From: Candidatus Poseidoniaceae archaeon
Lineage (GTDB): Archaea > Thermoplasmatota > Poseidoniia > Poseidoniales > Poseidoniaceae
DNA: 64,000 nucleotides
NCBI GenBank assembly: GCA_965662895.1
Contig: CBFIJH010000002.1
Coordinates: 32,001-96,000 of the forward strand
Reading direction: 5' to 3'
The stretch's first letter is position 1, and the number at the start of each line of letters is the position of its first letter. The position numbers and the translations under genes were made by a program. The notes beneath the pieces are model-generated. The model saw only the letters and a list, made by a program, of their open reading frames with translations. It was not told the origin of the DNA and searched no databases. This document shows positions 59,478 to 64,000 of the stretch, piece by piece.

Positions 59478-60440
59478 TTATTCTTCCTCGGGGCTATAAA
59501 TCGGGGCAGAATTAGAAGACGCTTGATGGGGGCTCTCACGTAATTCAACCAAGATATTGCCAATTAACAAGGCGCCACCGCCAACAGCAATCCAACTTGT
59601 CCATGTCGTCATGCCCAGTCCGAGTGCAAAGATCGTTGCCCAAACAGGCTCGAGGGTGTAAATGATTGCAGCTTGTACGGGATGAAAATAGCGTTGCAAA
59701 AGATTCAACAGCAAGAGAGCGAACAACGAACCAATCAGGCCCAAACAAATCAGAGGAAGAACAACGCCATCCGAGCCCACAACAGCCAATGCATCGATTG
59801 TCGACGACCGGCCAGTTATTATTGTGACCAGAAGGCTACCGAAACCGACAACAAGAAACGACGTGCTTGTCACACCTATTGGACTCATCTGCTTGGTGAT
59901 TTTTTGTGTAAAAAGAATGTGCAAAGCGAAGAAAAATGCGCAAACAACTGTGAGAATCTCCCCAAGGCCCCACGATAAGTGAGGCGGTCCTTCAATAAAC
60001 CCAGCGCCAAAAGTTGCAAGAGCGACGCCAAGAAACATTATCCTGGATACGCTTTGTCCCGTCAGTTTTGTCGTAATCAGTGCTGTAAATACAACATAAA
60101 GCGATGTTAGAAATGCTGATGTTGATGGAGTGATTGAGTCAAGTCCAATCATCTGGGTAATGAAACCTGTCAACAAGATTCCTCCTAATATCGAGCCACC
60201 TTTCCACAGTTGAGGATCTTGAAGTGCGGCTCTAGCCTCTTTTGAGACCAAAACGAGAGCAGTAAATGCAATCAAGAATCGTACACCAACGAGAGCAGCA
60301 ACAACTGGGGTTCGACCATAAGCATCAATTTCTGGTTGGATGGCATTCATCGCTTGTTTCATCCAAATGAAGGTTGCACCCCAAGCCAACGTAACTGCAA
60401 GAAGGCCCAAAGTTGCCTTACGTCGCATGGATGCCTCCAT
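59478..60440 (-). CDS. DMT/EamA family transporter
   Basis: WGATF, SAFLTSLYVVF, AAIIYTLEPVWA; about 10 TM helices. Confidence 0.88.
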   Translation of the reverse strand: MEASMRRKATLGLLAVTLAWGATFIWMKQAMNAIQPEIDAYGRTPVVAALVGVRFLIAFTALVLVSKEARAALQDPQLWKGGSILGGILLTGFITQMIGLDSITPSTSAFLTSLYVVFTALITTKLTGQSVSRIMFLGVALATFGAGFIEGPPHLSWGLGEILTVVCAFFFALHILFTQKITKQMSPIGVTSTSFLVVGFGSLLVTIITGRSSTIDALAVVGSDGVVLPLICLGLIGSLFALLLLNLLQRYFHPVQAAIIYTLEPVWATIFALGLGMTTWTSWIAVGGGALLIGNILVELRESPHQASSNSAPIYSPEEE

Positions 60441-60520
60441 GTCTCACCTCCTTAGTTCATAGTGCATAGTGATGATGGTCGTTCAAGAAGGCTCAAAGAG
60501 GGCCGAGAAGTGGTCCAGCC

Positions 60521-61867
60521 ATGGCGTCATGGGAAGAACCCATCGAGACGGGAGAAGTCCCGGAATCTGGTCGTACATTTGATGCCATCGTCGTAGGCGG
60601 TGGGCCCGGTGGTTGCTCAGCAGCAGGCTATCTTGCAAAGGCTGGAAAGAAGGTGCTGCTCATCGAAAAAGGCGTTTGGCCAAGAGACAAGATATGTGGT
60701 GATGCTGTAGGCGGCAAATCGTTGTCCCATGTTAAGGAACTCGGCGTAAAGGAAACGCTCGAAAGCACACCGCATTTCCGAGTCAATGGTATCTTGTTTT
60801 CAAGTCCAAATGGGAAAGAAGTTCGCGTTCCTCTACCAGAGGAAGATGTTGCAAGGCTCGAAGCAGGTTATGCATTGCCGCGTCAGCAATTTGACCATTT
60901 GTTGTTCAATCAGGTTCAGAAGCTTGTACGAAAAAAGGGTGGCTCCGTTGTTCAAGGCGCATCGGTCAAAGAGGTGTTGTACAACAACGGGGACGATCCA
61001 GGAAAAGGTTCGGGTTCAAAGCGAAACGCATCAGGAGTCCGGTTAACCATCGGTGGAAGAAAGGGTAAATCATTGGAATTTCACGCGCCTGCAATCGTTG
61101 GTGCTGGAGGTTATCTTTGCCCGGTTGCGACATCCGTCGTAGCCGACACATACCAGGAAAAGATGGTCGACAGAAAGCATTACTGTGGCGGATATCGCGA
61201 GTACTGGGACGGTGTGAAGGGTTGCGAAGGGAACATTGGTGACATTGAAATTCACTTCGTTGACACCATCATCCCTGGCTATTTCTGGATTTTTCCAATT
61301 GGTGAAGGCCGAGTCAATGTTGGTTGCGGCATGGTCATGCATTTGATGGACAAGCAATCAAAGAAATTGAAAGCACTACAAAAAGAAATCATTGAAAATC
61401 ATCCGCAATTCAAAGAACGTTTTGCAGATGCAACTTTGGTCAAAGGCAGTTCAAAAGGATGGCAGCTTCCATTCGGATCTCCACGAAAGAAGCAGAAAAT
61501 GCAACCGCGAAGAATGGCGATGAACGGCGCTTGGCTCGTCGGAGATGCGGCGAGTCTTGTCGACCCATTCTCCGGAGAAGGTGTCGGGAATGCGCTTGTG
61601 ACCGGTGAAATTGCGGCTCGACATATTGTCGAGGGAAGAGCGCCAGAAGAATATCAACACGAGGTCTGGGCAACCTTAGGTGCTGAACTGAAAAACAGCT
61701 ACAGGATGCAGTCCTTGAGTCGGAAGTCGTGGCTTCTCAATTGGTTTGTTGGAAAAGCAAGTCGTAAACCAAAGTTGCAAGAAATGATGACCGAGATGAT
61801 TGCAAGCAAAGAAGCACAGGAAAATTTGCATTCGCCATGGTTCATGTTCAAGACCTTGATGTTCTAA
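60521..61867 (+). CDS. geranylgeranyl reductase family flavoprotein
   Basis: VGGGPGG, PRDKICGD, GYFWIFP, VGDAA..VDPFSGEG. Confidence 0.88.
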   Translation: MASWEEPIETGEVPESGRTFDAIVVGGGPGGCSAAGYLAKAGKKVLLIEKGVWPRDKICGDAVGGKSLSHVKELGVKETLESTPHFRVNGILFSSPNGKEVRVPLPEEDVARLEAGYALPRQQFDHLLFNQVQKLVRKKGGSVVQGASVKEVLYNNGDDPGKGSGSKRNASGVRLTIGGRKGKSLEFHAPAIVGAGGYLCPVATSVVADTYQEKMVDRKHYCGGYREYWDGVKGCEGNIGDIEIHFVDTIIPGYFWIFPIGEGRVNVGCGMVMHLMDKQSKKLKALQKEIIENHPQFKERFADATLVKGSSKGWQLPFGSPRKKQKMQPRRMAMNGAWLVGDAASLVDPFSGEGVGNALVTGEIAARHIVEGRAPEEYQHEVWATLGAELKNSYRMQSLSRKSWLLNWFVGKASRKPKLQEMMTEMIASKEAQENLHSPWFMFKTLMF

Positions 61868-61876
61868 GACAGGAAC

Positions 61877-62665
61877 ATGGGGCCTGCGCTTGACGGTATC
61901 AAAGCGATTTTTCTCGATCTTGATGGAACGATTTACCTTGGTGGCGAATTAATTGAAGGAGCCCTTGATTTTCTTAACCGCTGTGATGAGCGAGGCGTGA
62001 AACGGTTCTTCCTCTCGAACAACTCTTCCAGAAGTGTCGAGCAATACGTTGAGAAGTTGGAACAAATGGGGATTCCCGCTACTGCAGATGATGTTCTGTT
62101 GTCAACACACGATTGCATTGCCTGGCTACAGGGACAAAACGTAACTCAAACCTATTGCGTAGGAACAGCGGGAATGTGCCAAATGCTTGAGAATGCAGGA
62201 ATCGCAACACGGTCTTCAGAACCCCAATACGTTGTACTTGGTTACGATACTGAAACGACGTACGAACGGCTCGAAACAGCGAGCCTCTACCTTCACGCTG
62301 GAGTCCCATTAATGGCGTCCCACCCGGACATGGTTTGCCCATCGCCTCATGGTGGGCTTCCTGATGTTGGAGCTTTCCTCGCCCTGTTCAAAGCAACAAC
62401 AGGCGTCGAACCAATCCACATCTCTGGCAAACCGAATGCTGGAATGATTCTGCACAAAATCGAAGCCTTAGGGCTAAAACCGGAAGATTGCGCAATGGTT
62501 GGTGATCGTCTGTACACAGACATTGCAATGGCAAGTCGAGCCAACTGCGCAGGCATCTTGGTCCTCTCAGGCGAAGCAACTGAAGCAGATGTGGCTGCTT
62601 TACCAAAAGAAGCTGAACAACAACCCACGCTCGTTGTTCCCTCAGTTGACGCGCTGTTTAGGTGA
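61877..62665 (+). CDS. HAD-IIA family phosphatase (NagD-like)
   Basis: DLDGT, LSNNSSR, GKP, MVGDRLYTDI. Confidence 0.92.
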   Translation: MGPALDGIKAIFLDLDGTIYLGGELIEGALDFLNRCDERGVKRFFLSNNSSRSVEQYVEKLEQMGIPATADDVLLSTHDCIAWLQGQNVTQTYCVGTAGMCQMLENAGIATRSSEPQYVVLGYDTETTYERLETASLYLHAGVPLMASHPDMVCPSPHGGLPDVGAFLALFKATTGVEPIHISGKPNAGMILHKIEALGLKPEDCAMVGDRLYTDIAMASRANCAGILVLSGEATEADVAALPKEAEQQPTLVVPSVDALFR

Positions 62666-62669
62666 TGAA

Positions 62670-63566
62670 TTGGGATTGAAACAACGTTGGCAACTCTGGC
62701 GGAAACGGCGAGTTGTCTTTCCTCCAGATGAAATCCATCAGGCTGGAGAAAATGCTGAATTGCGACTTGAGAAGCTTTGCAGGGCTGCGGGGAAAGCAAA
62801 ACAGTGGTCCGTTTATCCATCCGTACGCATACCTGATCCAGACGGTGGGCGACGTGAAATCGATTTGATTCTCGTTTCGGGCACAACCGTCCTCGTTGTT
62901 GAGCAAAAACACTGGTCAGGTCGGTTTGAGGTGTTTGAAGACGGGGAGTTTCTCCAACACCGAAACAAAGGTGGTGAGCACAGCCATGCGACAGTCGCCC
63001 ATCGAATTGCTCGAAAAGCAAGGCTCCTTGAGGAAATCCATCGAAAACGATTTCCTGACAATCAAATGGCATTTCATGTTCTTGTTGCAATGACGCATCC
63101 AAGGCTGGAGTGGCCTGAAAAAATTCCTGAGATTCCTGCTGAAATGATCAATGAGGGACAACTTCTCGATCGTATACAATCAACTGGAGGAGAAGAAATC
63201 AGCCCCGATTTTTTTGAAACGATGGATGGATTCGGAACATGGGATGAGGTTCATTTGTATGGTGGCCTCAAACTCAAAGGTGATCTTCTCGACCTAGGTT
63301 TAGGTTCGGGTGTTGAAGAATGGGACGTTCATCGCAGCGGGGAATTGAGGGCCACTGTTGACCATCCTCGTGGTTTCTTTTCCATCTTCAAAGATACGCC
63401 CAGTCAGATTACACTGAACGATTCAAATGGCCGGCACATCGAAATCAAGTGCAAGGATGGTCCGAAATTGAAAATGCATGTTGTTGGTCGAACCAATTCT
63501 GAAGAGGTTGATTGGATGCAAGTTGTTGGTATTCTCGCTTCAAAGAAACCTGCGGAGTGGGGATGA
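62670..63566 (+). CDS. NERD nuclease-related domain protein
   Basis: AGENAE, REIDLILV, VVEQKHWSG; TTG start inferred after GGTGA. Confidence 0.78.
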   Translation: MGLKQRWQLWRKRRVVFPPDEIHQAGENAELRLEKLCRAAGKAKQWSVYPSVRIPDPDGGRREIDLILVSGTTVLVVEQKHWSGRFEVFEDGEFLQHRNKGGEHSHATVAHRIARKARLLEEIHRKRFPDNQMAFHVLVAMTHPRLEWPEKIPEIPAEMINEGQLLDRIQSTGGEEISPDFFETMDGFGTWDEVHLYGGLKLKGDLLDLGLGSGVEEWDVHRSGELRATVDHPRGFFSIFKDTPSQITLNDSNGRHIEIKCKDGPKLKMHVVGRTNSEEVDWMQVVGILASKKPAEWG

Positions 63567-63874
63567 TGGCGGAATTTTGGATTGAATCCATCGGGCTTGT
63601 CGCCGGTTTCATTGGCATCGTCGCTTGGATACCGCAAATTCGACGTGTTTGGATTGACGAGAAGGAAGAAGGAATCTCTCTTCCAACATTCATCGCCGTA
63701 ACGGCTTCACTCTCACTGTGGCTTGTTTATGGAATCATCGTCAATTCCATTGCGATGATCGTATCAAACATCTTGACCCTTGCGTTCATCATTGCAGTAA
63801 CGCTCGGCGTGTATCGCATTCGGAACAAAGCGTCTGAGGATGAATTCAACAAACCGACTTCGTCGTCTCAATAA
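63563..63874 (+). CDS. SemiSWEET/PQ-loop transporter
   Basis: [27 protein letters not shown]. Confidence 0.85.
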   Translation: MMAEFWIESIGLVAGFIGIVAWIPQIRRVWIDEKEEGISLPTFIAVTASLSLWLVYGIIVNSIAMIVSNILTLAFIIAVTLGVYRIRNKASEDEFNKPTSSSQ

Positions 63875-64000
63875 TCACTGCACCAATCTTGTAAGGGTCA
63901 CCGTTGGAAGCCGGTCGTCGATCTTCAAGACGGCCTACCCAACCATCGGTCGGGACAGATGCTGGAACGCGAATTGATGCACCACGGTCGGAGACGCCGT
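63846..64000 (-). CDS. glutamine synthetase, type II-like, C-terminal fragment (runs off the window)
   Basis: Manual translation [50 protein letters not shown]. Confidence 0.8.
   Translation of the reverse strand, partial: GVSDRGASIRVPASVPTDGWVGRLEDRRPASNGDPYKIGAVIIETTKSVC

Overview
Gene-dense archaeal chromosomal window (TFB, topoisomerase VI A/B, RpoP, Dph5, Trm5, geranylgeranyl reductase, split GMP synthase subunit A). Gene content and style fit Marine Group II Euryarchaeota (Ca. Poseidoniales); this is inferred from gene content, not from a marker-gene placement. It contains a phosphate-uptake locus (phoU, AbrB-PhoU regulator, pstSCAB) in which every Pst subunit is much larger than normal, a nucleotide-sugar/GtrA module, tandem TerB-like genes, an orphan N6-adenine-type DNA methyltransferase, a large vWA/CARDB-like surface protein and two tRNAs (Arg-CCT, Asp-GTC). 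No integrase, transposase or CRISPR array was seen. The most striking item is a 206-aa ORF (48556-49176, minus) made of three head-to-tail ubiquitin/ThiS/SAMP-like units, each ending in Gly-Gly, with the last GG capped by one extra residue, which is the layout of a eukaryotic polyubiquitin precursor. Reading outside the ORF track also gave rpoP, a 44-aa Zn-ribbon microprotein and the 3' end of a type II-like glutamine synthetase. All family calls are from recognising motifs by eye; no database searches were run.
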